NCBI GenBank assembly: GCA_965219685.1
Contig: CBDCOH010000002.1
Coordinates: 1,216,001 to 1,280,000, forward strand
DNA from: Candidatus Spongiisociaceae bacterium
GTDB taxonomy: Bacteria > Actinomycetota > Acidimicrobiia > Spongiisociales > Spongiisociaceae
Reading direction: 5' to 3'
Length of the DNA stretch: 64,000 nucleotides
Numbering within the stretch: the first letter of the stretch is position 1; the number at the start of each line of letters is the position of its first letter. This document shows positions 21,516-30,472 of the stretch, in pieces. The position numbers were made by a program, and so were the translations under genes. A model generated the notes under the pieces. It saw only the letters and a list, made by a program, of their open reading frames with translations, had not been told where the DNA came from and did no database searches.

Positions 21516-21939
21516 CAGTATCCTCGCTAGGAGCAGAGCCGCTATGCCCCTGTGGTGGCTCACGCTCCCTCTCACCATTCCCACAACGCCACCGCCCAAA
21601 ACAGACACCCCAACACCAACAACACCACATAGAAAGTCACCCGATTCGCCCCTTCCCTTCCAACTAGACTCAACATGGGCTGCGAACCGCCCGCACAGCC
21701 GGGAACCATGCGCCCTGACAAAGCGCACCCAACCGAACGGACGGCCCGCACACGGCCTGTCTCCCTCGTCCCTGGCGGCAGGGAGACCAGCCCTCAAATC
21801 TTCCTCACTTTCCTGAATTGTGGGAGGGGAATCGAAGCAAAAATCCAACCCTCCGGCGGCTGGGTGCGACAAAGTTGAGCTTCCCCGTCGATCTGGGCCT
21901 TCAGGACGAAACAACTGCCTGTGCAGCAAGGCGAAACCA

Positions 21940-22015
<76 letters not shown>

Positions 22016-22067
22016 GTAGCCATTGTAATCCGGACCGCGGTGAACCCTCGAACCGGGATGGGATCGG

Positions 22068-22658
22068 CTAGCGGCTCCGTAGGGCTTCGGCGAGAGCTGT
22101 GATCGCTCGGGCGCGGTGGCTGATACGGTTTTTCTCCTCTTCCCCCATCTCGGCGAGGGTTCTGCACCCGACCGCGAAGACGGGGTCGTAGCCGAAGCCG
22201 CCGGAACCGCGGGGTGAGGTTGTGATCTCGCCGTCCAGGACGCCCTCAGCCAGGACTTCGCGCCCGTCCTCGAGGATGGCGACCACTACGGTCCGGAACC
22301 GGGCTGTCCGGTCTTCCAGGCCTTCCAGGGCTGTTAGCAGGGCGGCTACGTTGGAGCGGTAGGTGGCGTCGGGTCCCGAGAACCGGGCTGTGTGGACTCC
22401 GGGGGCGCCGTCCAAAGCATGGACCTCCAAGCCGGTGTCGTCTGCGATGGCCGTCAGACTGGTTGCGGCGGCGACCGCACGTGCTTTCAGGAGGGCGTTG
22501 CCCGCGAGGGTTGGAGCGTCCTCGACCACGTCCGGCCAGTCGAGGCCCCTGACGACCTCTTCTATCACTTCCCCGCCCACCAGTAGAGTTTCCATCTCCC
22601 TGATCTTGTCGGCGTTCTTGGATGCCACGACCGCGCGGCTGATCGCCGGTCGGGTCAT
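22068..22658 (-). CDS. rdgB: Non-canonical purine NTP pyrophosphatase
   Basis: ADDTGL, GFGYDPVF, KNRISHRARA. Confidence 0.95.
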   Translation of the reverse strand: MTRPAISRAVVASKNADKIREMETLLVGGEVIEEVVRGLDWPDVVEDAPTLAGNALLKARAVAAATSLTAIADDTGLEVHALDGAPGVHTARFSGPDATYRSNVAALLTALEGLEDRTARFRTVVVAILEDGREVLAEGVLDGEITTSPRGSGGFGYDPVFAVGCRTLAEMGEEEKNRISHRARAITALAEALRSR

Positions 22659-23365
22659 CCGGCTACCAACTCGTCCTGGAGAGCGCCGATATGGTCGATG
22701 CCGAGAGCGGCCAGGTCGAGTAGCCCGTCCAGTTCCTCACGGCTGAAGGGGAGTCCTTCGGCTGTCCCCTGCACCTCGACCAGAAGGCCCCGTCCGGTCA
22801 TCACCACGTTCAGGTCGACCGATGCGGCCACGTCGTCCTGGTAGTCGAGGTCGAGGAGGGACAAACCGTCGACGATTCCCACCGATATGGCGGTCACGCG
22901 ATCGAGGATCGGGTCGGTGTCGATCATGCCCTCCGCTCGCGCCCACTGAACCGCGTCGTGGAGGGCAATCCAGGCCGCGTTGACCGCGGCTGTGCGGGTG
23001 CCTCCGTCGGCCTGCACCACGTCGCAGTCGACGTTGACCATCACCTCTCCCATCGCCTTCAGGTTGACCACGGAACGGAGCGACCGCCCAATGAGGCGGG
23101 AGATCTCCTTCTGCCTGCCGGCCGTGTACCGGTCACGCCTGACCCGGCGGTCCGACGAGCCCGGCATCATGGCGTACTCGGCCGTGACCCAACCCGACCC
23201 GCTCTGATGCATCCATCTTGGCACCCGATCCCCGATGGACGCGGTGGCGAGCACCCACGTCCTTCCCATCTCGATCAGGACCGATCCGGGGGTCATCTCG
23301 GTGTAGCCCTGGGTGATCCTGATTGGACGCAACTGGTCGGCCGCTCTGGTTCGACCTGAAGTCAT
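22655..23365 (-). CDS. rph: Ribonuclease PH
   Basis: GWVTAEYAMMP, EISRLIGRSLR, QADGGTRTA, EVQGTAEG. Confidence 0.95.
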   Translation of the reverse strand: MTSGRTRAADQLRPIRITQGYTEMTPGSVLIEMGRTWVLATASIGDRVPRWMHQSGSGWVTAEYAMMPGSSDRRVRRDRYTAGRQKEISRLIGRSLRSVVNLKAMGEVMVNVDCDVVQADGGTRTAAVNAAWIALHDAVQWARAEGMIDTDPILDRVTAISVGIVDGLSLLDLDYQDDVAASVDLNVVMTGRGLLVEVQGTAEGLPFSREELDGLLDLAALGIDHIGALQDELVAG

Positions 23366-23386
23366 GGTTCTCCTATCCGGTCTCGG

Positions 23387-24130
23387 TCATACCCGCATCC
23401 GGGCGCCGGGCACCGCGAGGGAGACCCGGCCCCGGAAGGTCGACTCGGCTTCCATGAGCGACTTCTCCGGGTCCAGATAGGGCACGATGTGGGTGAGTGC
23501 GAGTCGCCCGACCCCGGCTCGGCTGGCCATGGCCCCTGCCTCCAGCCCGGTCATGTGGTGCGGGGTCGAGGCGTTGTCACGAGGCTCGGACAGGGAAGCC
23601 TCGGCCAGGAGGAGGTCCGAGCCAGCCGCGTGCTGTTCGAGCGCCGCGCACGGCCCGGTGTCGGCGGTGTAGGTCAGGGACCGCCCGTTGGCCTCGATCC
23701 GCGGGGCGAGAGTGGGCGGCGGATGGTTGGTCCGCGTGACCGAGATCTGCATCGATCCGAGCGTGAACCTATCGCCGTCCGACAGCGTCAAGAACTCGAA
23801 TGTGGACCGCCAGGCCGCCGAGCCCCCGACGATGTCGCCGAGCGTGGCCGCGAGGTCCCTAGGGCACAGCACAGGTACGGGCGGGACCCGGCGTTCCCCG
23901 TAGGCGAGTGCGTGGAACAACGCGAGGATGTCGGTGCAGTGATCCGGGTGGCGGTGCGACAGGAAGACGCCGCTGAGATCCCGCGGGTCCATCTCCCCGC
24001 ACAGGGCCAGGTAGGTTCCGGGACCGGCGTCCATCCACAGGGTTGTCTCAGCCTCGGTGATCAGATATCCGGATGCGGGACGCCCCGCGGTCGGATAGGT
24101 CCCGTTGGACCCGAGGACGGTCAACTGCAT
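23387..24130 (-). CDS. MBL-fold metallohydrolase
   Basis: MQLTVLGSNG start, SHRHPDH, YTADTG, LTHI; usual neighbour of rph. Confidence 0.9.
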   Translation of the reverse strand: MQLTVLGSNGTYPTAGRPASGYLITEAETTLWMDAGPGTYLALCGEMDPRDLSGVFLSHRHPDHCTDILALFHALAYGERRVPPVPVLCPRDLAATLGDIVGGSAAWRSTFEFLTLSDGDRFTLGSMQISVTRTNHPPPTLAPRIEANGRSLTYTADTGPCAALEQHAAGSDLLLAEASLSEPRDNASTPHHMTGLEAGAMASRAGVGRLALTHIVPYLDPEKSLMEAESTFRGRVSLAVPGARMRV

Positions 24131-25236
24131 GCTCCCAGGGTAGCGACGCTGCCTTCCCCGGTCTCGCGTCCCCGGCGTCTTGGGCCGGTCCCGGAGGGGG
24201 AGGCCGCGAGTGTCTCGACCAGCCCGTTGGCGTCGATGGCGACCGTTCCGGCTGCCACCATCCGTCCGAGTTCGGCCATGGCGGCGAGCGGATCTGTGTC
24301 CAGCGTCGACAGGAACTCGGCGACCGGGAGACCGGATCCTGTGACGTCCGGGGCATGGCGGTCGTCGGCCGGCTGGTCGGCGGGCTCGCCGATCGCCAAC
24401 CGCAGGCACTCCATGAGGTCCTCGGCGTCCAGGACGGGAAGGGCTCCGTCTCGGATGAGCAGGTTACAGCCGAGGGAACTGTTCCTGCCGACGTCGCCGG
24501 GAGTGGCGAAGATGTCGCGACCCTGCTCGAGCGCGATGCGGGCGGTTACCAGCGCCCCGCCCTTGGCTCCGGCCTCCACGACCACCACTACTTGGGCGAT
24601 GCCTGAGATTATCCGGTTGCGGGGCGGGAAGCGCCACCCCAGCGGTAGCGCCCCCGGAGGTGACTCACTCCAGACCGTTCCGGCGTGATCGAGGAGCGAC
24701 CTGCCCAGGTCCCGGTGGTTCCGCGGGTACCACACGTCGACTCCCGAACCGAGCACCGCGACACCCGGGCTCGGCCCGTTCAACGATCCCCGGTGGGCTG
24801 CTCCGTCGATGCCTTTGGCCAGCCCGCTGACCACCGACCAGCCGGCCCGCGATACGGCCCTGCCGTAGCTCTCAGCCAGGCGCCTGCCGTAGGTCGTGCA
24901 CGCCCGCGTGCCGACGATGGCTACGGCGGTCCCGCTGAAGTCCCGCCCGCGTTGGAATAAGAACAGAGGGGAGTCGGGCAGTTCGCGCAGGCGTTGCGGG
25001 AACCTCGGGTCGTCCTGCGCCAGGAAGTCGATGCCTGTGTCCCGCAGTTCCTCCCGCCGCTGCTCCGCAGGTACACGGGCGGCTTGCCGGGCGGCGGTCG
25101 GGACGGTGAGATCCCCGCGCTCGATCCGCGCCACGACCCGGCGGGGGGAACCGGCCTTGGATACCAGCTCGCGAAGCCGGTCCGGGTGCATCCCTACGTG
25201 GGCCAGCCGTATCAATGCGTCCTGAGCGGATTTCAT
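24121..25236 (-). CDS. dprA: DNA-processing protein DprA
   Basis: AIVGTR, VSGLAKGIDGAAH, FPPRNRIISG, VVEAGAKGGAL. Confidence 0.95.
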   Translation of the reverse strand: MKSAQDALIRLAHVGMHPDRLRELVSKAGSPRRVVARIERGDLTVPTAARQAARVPAEQRREELRDTGIDFLAQDDPRFPQRLRELPDSPLFLFQRGRDFSGTAVAIVGTRACTTYGRRLAESYGRAVSRAGWSVVSGLAKGIDGAAHRGSLNGPSPGVAVLGSGVDVWYPRNHRDLGRSLLDHAGTVWSESPPGALPLGWRFPPRNRIISGIAQVVVVVEAGAKGGALVTARIALEQGRDIFATPGDVGRNSSLGCNLLIRDGALPVLDAEDLMECLRLAIGEPADQPADDRHAPDVTGSGLPVAEFLSTLDTDPLAAMAELGRMVAAGTVAIDANGLVETLAASPSGTGPRRRGRETGEGSVATLGACS

Positions 25237-26705
25237 GGCGAGCCCCTGAGGACCAGGGCCTGGGAGGCGTGTTCCTCCTTCACCGGTGCGGACCCGTCGA
25301 GATCGGCGATCGTACGTGCCAGCCGCCGCACCCGGTCGAATCCACGGCCGGTCAGGGCGCCATGCCGCAGGGCTCCTTCGATGAGCCGCTCGGCCCCGGT
25401 CGCTATCTCCAGGGCATCGAGGTGACGTCGACTCAGGTCACGGTTGCGCCGTCCCCGGGCCTGCTGGGCGCTCACCGCCATCGCGACACGCGCCGCGACC
25501 TGGTGGCTCGGTTCCTCCGGCGGGCCGATCATGGCGTCGGGGTCCACGGGATTCACCTGGACCCGGATGTCGAACCGGTCTAGCAGCGGTCCCGACAGGC
25601 GGCGCCGGTAGCGTTGCACCATCCGGTCGGTGCAGACGCAGCCCTGGCGGAAGTTGCCGTTGAAACCGCACGGGCACGGGTTGGTGGCGGCCACTAGCTG
25701 TACCGCGGCAGGGAAGGTGACCGAAGCCCCTTTCCGAGCGATGGTCACCCTGCCCTCCTCGAGAGGCTGGCGCAGGGCGTCCAGCAGGTGCGGACGGAAC
25801 TCGCCCAGCTCGTCGAGAAACAGGACCCCCCTGTGAGCCATGCTGATCTCCCCCGGTACCGGGATCCCGGAGCCTCCACCTATAACCGCGGCGGTGGTCG
25901 CGGTGTGGTGGGGTGAGCGGATCGGCGGCATTGAGAGGCAGGTGCGTGCACGGCCGGCCGCCGACCAAACCTGCGCTACTTCCAGCGCGGAGTTGTGGTC
26001 CAGGTCGGGTAGCACACCGGGCAGGCACCTGGCGAGCATCGTCTTGCCGGCGCCCGGAGGCCCGGACAGGAGCATGTGATGCCCGCCTGCCGCCGCCACT
26101 TCGAGCGCCCGCTTGGCGAGAGGCTGGCCGCGGACCTCGGCGAGGTCCTCCAAGTCGGTCCTGACGCGGACCGGAGGCGGCGGGGGTGGTGAGTCGACCT
26201 CTCCCAGAGCGGCTGACACCGCGCCGGCGAGGGTTCCCACCATCTGCACGTCGGCCGACTCGACCACGCTCGCCTCGGTAGCCGCATCGGCCGGGAGCAG
26301 GCAGCGTTTCCCCATCCTGGCGGCCACCACAGCCGCGCCGAGACCACCCCGCGCCGTGCGGATGCTGCCGTCCAGCGCCAGTTCCCCCATCGCCACCACG
26401 TTGCACGCCCCGGATGGAATCTCACCGGCCGCGGCGAGCAGGGCCAGGGCTATGGGGAGGTCGTACGCACTTCCCGACTTGGGCAGGTAGGCGGGCGCCA
26501 GGTTGACGGTCACCGACCGGGCCGGAAACCGGTATCCGGAAACCGACATGGCGGCCAGCACCCGGTCCTTCGCCTCGCGGACCGCGGTATCGGGTAGGCC
26601 GACCACGTTGAGCCGACCCTTCTCTCCTCCTCCTACGTGAGCCTCCACACTGACGGCGCGCGCCTCCACACCGACCAGTGCTACGGAGTTGGTTGAAGCA
26701 AACAT
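25233..26705 (-). CDS. comM: ComM/YifB Mg-chelatase-like AAA+ helicase
   Basis: Start MFASTNSVALVG; VGLPD, GPPGAGKT, GVLFLDELGEF, NPCPCG, SGPLLDRFD. Confidence 0.95.
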   Translation of the reverse strand: MFASTNSVALVGVEARAVSVEAHVGGGEKGRLNVVGLPDTAVREAKDRVLAAMSVSGYRFPARSVTVNLAPAYLPKSGSAYDLPIALALLAAAGEIPSGACNVVAMGELALDGSIRTARGGLGAAVVAARMGKRCLLPADAATEASVVESADVQMVGTLAGAVSAALGEVDSPPPPPPVRVRTDLEDLAEVRGQPLAKRALEVAAAGGHHMLLSGPPGAGKTMLARCLPGVLPDLDHNSALEVAQVWSAAGRARTCLSMPPIRSPHHTATTAAVIGGGSGIPVPGEISMAHRGVLFLDELGEFRPHLLDALRQPLEEGRVTIARKGASVTFPAAVQLVAATNPCPCGFNGNFRQGCVCTDRMVQRYRRRLSGPLLDRFDIRVQVNPVDPDAMIGPPEEPSHQVAARVAMAVSAQQARGRRNRDLSRRHLDALEIATGAERLIEGALRHGALTGRGFDRVRRLARTIADLDGSAPVKEEHASQALVLRGSP

Positions 26706-26712
26706 GGCTTCG

Positions 26713-26734
26713 AAGGTAAGGGGGGTGTGTGACA
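26713..26734 (-). promoter_or_regulatory. RecA-NDp/PafBC-like promoter TGTCAC-N10-TACCTT (leaderless comM)
   Basis: Exact 10-nt spacer; ATG 7 nt after the -10 element. Confidence 0.65.
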
Positions 26735-26783
26735 GAACTCCGAGGGAGCCTGCGATGTCCCCGGCCGCGATACCATCGGGCCG

Positions 26784-26897
26784 ATGGGATTCAATCCGTT
26801 CCGCAAGCACGAGCGAAGCACCGCCGATCTCGTGATGGTGGTGGGCACGGTGCTCGTGACGGCGGCCCTGGTGATATGGGCGTTCATGGGCGGGTGA
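26784..26897 (+). CDS. Small membrane protein (37 aa)
   Basis: MGFNPFRKHERSTADLVMVVGTVLVTAALVIWAFMGG; stop overlaps next GTG. Confidence 0.65.
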   Translation: MGFNPFRKHERSTADLVMVVGTVLVTAALVIWAFMGG

Positions 26898-27106
26898 CCG
26901 TCCGCCACGTCCAGCCCGCGTCGGCCACCAAGCCCTACCGCTGTCCGGGATGCGAGGGAGTGATCGCCAAGGGGAGATTCCACCTGGTTGTGGTCCCGGA
27001 TGACGAACCTGATCTGCGGCGCCACTGGCACCACGGCTGCTGGTACAAGGAGCGGCGCCGAGATTCCGGGCGTAGGTCCCGACACGAGGGGAGCGAATCC
27101 TCATAG
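26894..27106 (+). CDS. Small Zn-binding actinobacterial protein
   Basis: KPYRCPGCEG...HLVVVP...RRHWHHGCW. Confidence 0.75.
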   Translation: MTVRHVQPASATKPYRCPGCEGVIAKGRFHLVVVPDDEPDLRRHWHHGCWYKERRRDSGRRSRHEGSESS

Positions 27107-27187
27107 CGTCCTGATTCCTCGATTCCCTCCAGACGCCCGGACGTACAGCTCGTCCAACCCGCCAGCTCCGCGATTACCGAGAACGCG

Positions 27188-27217
27188 AAAAACCCCCGAC
27201 CGGACCCCTCCGGTGGG
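27188..27217 (-). terminator. Intrinsic terminator candidate
   Basis: CCCACCGGA-GGGG-TCCGGTCGGG followed by GGTTTTT on the minus strand. Confidence 0.55.
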
Positions 27218-27354
27218 CCCACCCCCGACCGCCACCTCCGAAGTCTTCGAACGCGTCTAGCCATCTTCCCGTGGGAAGTCGGCTCCGACACATGATCCCC
27301 GCCCCGGTCCGTTCGGCACCGTAAACGGACCGGTGGTGCTTACGGCTGATAACC

Positions 27355-27376
27355 AGTATGCAACGGGGCTGTGACA
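27355..27376 (-). promoter_or_regulatory. RecA-NDp-like promoter TGTCAC-N10-CATACT
   Basis: Same motif and spacing as at 26713 and 27884. Confidence 0.55.
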
Positions 27377-27492
27377 TGGACAACCCCTTCGTTGAGAGCG
27401 TCCAGGTCACGCCGGATCCGGGAGCGGTTCGGAATGCCGATCCTTGGACTTGCAGCGATGCGGCACCGCAGCGAACAAACGACCCCGGGACG

Positions 27493-27840
27493 TTAGGCGA
27501 CCCTCCGATGCCATTCGATCGTCGCCCCGTCGCGACCGAACACGACCGTGACCAGATCAACCCGCCATATCCCTAGAGAGCGGGCCGAGCGCAGCACCCG
27601 GTCCGCCTTGCGGTCGGTGAAGTTCCAGCGGGGGTGATGGTTCGCCGACGCCATGCCGGACTTGACCTCGACCGCGAAACGGCCGCCGGCGTCAGTGGCC
27701 ACGAGATCGATCTCGCCCCGACCGGCCGCCACGTTTCGGTCTTCGATCCTGGCCCCCTGCCGCACAAGGAAGGTGGCGGCGACCCACTCCCCCAGCGAGC
27801 CCAGGAACCCGCGGTGCCTGCTGATCGGCGTCTGGCGCAT
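27493..27840 (-). CDS. yraN: YraN-family nuclease
   Basis: LGSLGEWVAATFL...RN...GEIDLVA...VEVKS; RBS GGAGGAG. Confidence 0.9.
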   Translation of the reverse strand: MRQTPISRHRGFLGSLGEWVAATFLVRQGARIEDRNVAAGRGEIDLVATDAGGRFAVEVKSGMASANHHPRWNFTDRKADRVLRSARSLGIWRVDLVTVVFGRDGATIEWHRRVA

Positions 27841-27883
27841 CTCGGTGCTCCTCCGAGGATTAGGTGGATCTCGTTGGATCTCC

Positions 27884-27905
27884 AAGCTAGGCGCGGGCTG
27901 TGACA
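27884..27905 (-). promoter_or_regulatory. RecA-NDp/PafBC-like promoter TGTCAC-N10-TAGCTT upstream of yraN
   Basis: Exact 10-nt spacer and TANNNT -10. Confidence 0.65.
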
Positions 27906-28046
27906 TTTCTTGGGGTGTTGGCTGTAAGGCGTTCCGTGTTAGGTGGGTTGACGGTGCGGAACCGTCCTCCGTCCCTTTCGAGATAGGTCGCCCCCGGAAA
28001 ACCATGTGACCCAACGCCAACCACCCGGTCACCAACTAACAACTAA

Positions 28047-28247
28047 CCCCAATTCTTCATGGATCGGAGTTGTAGGGAACGATGGAGCGGGAGCTTTGGA
28101 ATCCTGACCTGGGATTACGGCTATCGGATAGCCTTGCCCCGGCGGCCGCGCGAGCCTAACCCGCCGGGTGAAGGGTGGCCCCTCCGGAATCATGAGGTTG
28201 AACTGGGCTGATGTACGTCGGTGTGCCGGGAACATGAAGAATCAGGG
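28047..28247. mobile_element. 201-bp MITE with IS1380-like ends, inserted in a heptamer array
   Basis: TIRs CCCCAATTCTTCATG / CCCTGATTCTTCATG (13/15 match); CTAA direct repeat on both sides. Confidence 0.75.
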
Positions 28248-28262
28248 CTAACAACTAATCAG

Positions 28263-28961
28263 CTACAGCGTGTCCCAGCGTGGGACCGGCCATATTCGGA
28301 CGAACGCCCTCCCGATGACATCGTCCATCGGGACCGGGCCGAAGCGGCGGCTGTCCTGGCTGTTGTCGCGGTTGTCCCCCATTACCCACACGTGGTCGTT
28401 CGGCACGTACCGGGGAGCCAGGTCGTTCATGTAGTACCCCGGTTCCAGGTACGGCTCGTCGATCGGCGCGCCGTTCACCCACACCTGGTTGTTGCGGATC
28501 TCCAACCGGTCCCCACCCACCGCGATCACCCGCTTGATGAGGTCCTCGACGCGGGCGGTGCGCACGCCCACCGCCTCGAAGACGTTCCTCGCCATCGTCT
28601 CCCAGAGGGTCTCCGGGCGTTCCTCGGTGACGAGGGGGGAATCGAACACGATCAGGTCGCCGTGCTCAGGACCATGAAACCGGTAGGCCAGTTTGCTGAC
28701 CAGGACCCGGTCGTCGATCTCGAGGGTGGGGAGCATCGACGGCGAGGGGATGAAGAAGGCCTGCATCAGGAACGTCTTGATGAGGATCGCCAGAGCGAGG
28801 GCGATGACGATAACGCCGGGCAATTCACGGAAGAAACGGGACCAAGCGCTACGGTCGTACCGCTCTCCCCCACCGGGGCGCGACCTGCCGGGCATCTCTT
28901 CGGCATCCGGCTGGAAGCGGTCGGCCGGGTCGGTCACGGAGATGAGGCCAGCGCTCGGCAT
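28263..28961 (-). CDS. lepB: Signal peptidase I (start possibly GTG 28937)
   Basis: IPSPSMLPTL, LIKRVIA, MGDNRDNSQDSR. Confidence 0.95.
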   Translation of the reverse strand: MPSAGLISVTDPADRFQPDAEEMPGRSRPGGGERYDRSAWSRFFRELPGVIVIALALAILIKTFLMQAFFIPSPSMLPTLEIDDRVLVSKLAYRFHGPEHGDLIVFDSPLVTEERPETLWETMARNVFEAVGVRTARVEDLIKRVIAVGGDRLEIRNNQVWVNGAPIDEPYLEPGYYMNDLAPRYVPNDHVWVMGDNRDNSQDSRRFGPVPMDDVIGRAFVRIWPVPRWDTL

Positions 28962-28984
28962 CGAGCGGCCGCACTGGCGGCCGG

Positions 28985-29326
28985 CTAGCGCCGTTCCTTG
29001 ATGCGGGCGGCCTTGCCCACCCTGCCCCGCAGGTAGTACAGCTTGGCGCTGCGCACGCGACCGCGCCGGACAACCTCGATACGCTGGATGATGGGCGCAT
29101 GGACCGGGAAGACCCTTTCGACGCCGATTCCGAAGCTGATCTTGCGCACCGTGAACGTTTCGGACAGCCCTCCGCCGTCCCGGGCGAGCACCACACCTTC
29201 GAATATCTGGACACGCTCGCGACCGCCTTCCACCACCCGGACGTGGACCTTCACCGTGTCACCCGGACGGAAATCGGGAATGTCTTCCCGGAGGTGGGCG
29301 CGCTCAACATATTGGAGGTCGTTCAT
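28985..29326 (-). CDS. rplS: 50S ribosomal protein L19
   Basis: [35 protein letters not shown]. Confidence 0.97.
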   Translation of the reverse strand: MNDLQYVERAHLREDIPDFRPGDTVKVHVRVVEGGRERVQIFEGVVLARDGGGLSETFTVRKISFGIGVERVFPVHAPIIQRIEVVRRGRVRSAKLYYLRGRVGKAARIKERR

Positions 29327-29472
29327 CGAGGTCTCCTCACGATCGCGATCCTGGTCGCCCGCGACCCGGTTGGTTCGAAGGCTCGTGGGGACCGCCACGG
29401 GACGTGGCCCGCAACAAACGTGCAGTGTACCGCGTGAGCAGTGGTCTTACTAATGCCCGGGCGGATCCTGCC

Positions 29473-29734
29473 CCAGATGATTGGTTCCTGGTCGGCAAGT
29501 CTATAGTTCCTAGTTGGTGATTGGTGGGTAACTTCAAGTTGGATCATTTACCATCTTTCATAGCACTGTTAGGGTCTCGCGTTTGAAGCCGCGGGTGTTT
29601 CTCACGAACGGCAGCCCTGGGGTCCGAGTCCGAGAACGGATACACACGAGTTACAGATGTGTTGTGTTACATTGTGTAGCGAGCCGTAGAGTTCGGTCGC
29701 TTCTGATCAGATCCCCTTGGAACTACTCGTCCAG
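29473..29734 (-). mobile_element. ~255-bp MITE-like element, copy C
   Basis: CCAG-ATGATTGGTTCC...GGAACTACTCGT-CCAG; colinear with copies at 35288, 36105, 42578. Confidence 0.8.
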
Positions 29735-30388
29735 GAGGTCGGGACGCCGGGATCTGGTTCGCTCGATCCGCTGCTCGGCGCGCCACGCCGCGATCCGTCC
29801 GTGGTCGCCCGACAGGAGAACGGGCGGCACCGGGCGGTCGCGGAATACGGCGGGGCGGGTGTACTGCGGCTCCTCCAGGAGCCCGTCTCGGAACGACTCG
29901 ATCTCGATCGAGGCCGGGTTGCCGAGCACGCCGGGAAGCAGGCGAGCGACCCCTTCGATCACCGACACGGCAGCCGCCTCGCCGCCCGCCAGCACGTAGT
30001 CGCCCAGGGACACCTCCTCGTCGATCGACGCCTCGGCGAACCGCTCGTCGACGCCCTCGTAGCGCCCGCAGACCAGCGTCAGCGACTCGAGTGTCGCCCA
30101 GCGGTCGAGTGTCGCCTGGTCGAGGCGGTGTCCCGCCGGTGTGAGCAGGACGCGGTGGGAGTTCTCCCGGCCCTCGATGGCGTCGGTGAGCGGGCCGGCC
30201 ATGAGCACCATCCCGGCGCCGCCCCCGAACGGGGCGTCGTCGACTTGGCGGTGGTTGCCGACTCCGTACTCCCGGAGCGCTACCAACTCGACATCGATCG
30301 CTCCTGCCTCCACGGCCCTCGCAACCGTCCCCACCGCGAGCGGACCTTCGAAGTAGGCGGGGAACAGGGTGATGACCGCTATGTGCAT
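29723..30388 (-). CDS. trmD: tRNA (guanine-N1)-methyltransferase
   Basis: VDDAPFGGGAGM, CGRYEGVDER, SLGDYVLAGGE, PQYTRP. Confidence 0.97.
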   Translation of the reverse strand: MHIAVITLFPAYFEGPLAVGTVARAVEAGAIDVELVALREYGVGNHRQVDDAPFGGGAGMVLMAGPLTDAIEGRENSHRVLLTPAGHRLDQATLDRWATLESLTLVCGRYEGVDERFAEASIDEEVSLGDYVLAGGEAAAVSVIEGVARLLPGVLGNPASIEIESFRDGLLEEPQYTRPAVFRDRPVPPVLLSGDHGRIAAWRAEQRIERTRSRRPDLLDE

Positions 30389-30472
30389 GGGTGATCCATG
30401 CCGGGCGCCCGTGGCGGCTCTCCTATCCGGGCCGGCCGGTGGCGCCGGTAGCGGCTGTGATGGGCACCGCCG

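Noticed and set aside
21096-21929. 277-aa ORF next to tRNA-Lys as a possible integrase
   Set aside because: No tyrosine or serine recombinase motifs, and it overlaps better-supported features.
26706-27104. N-terminal extension of comM given by the ORF track
   Set aside because: Family homology begins at ATG 26705, a promoter sits directly upstream, and the extension overlaps two plus-strand genes.
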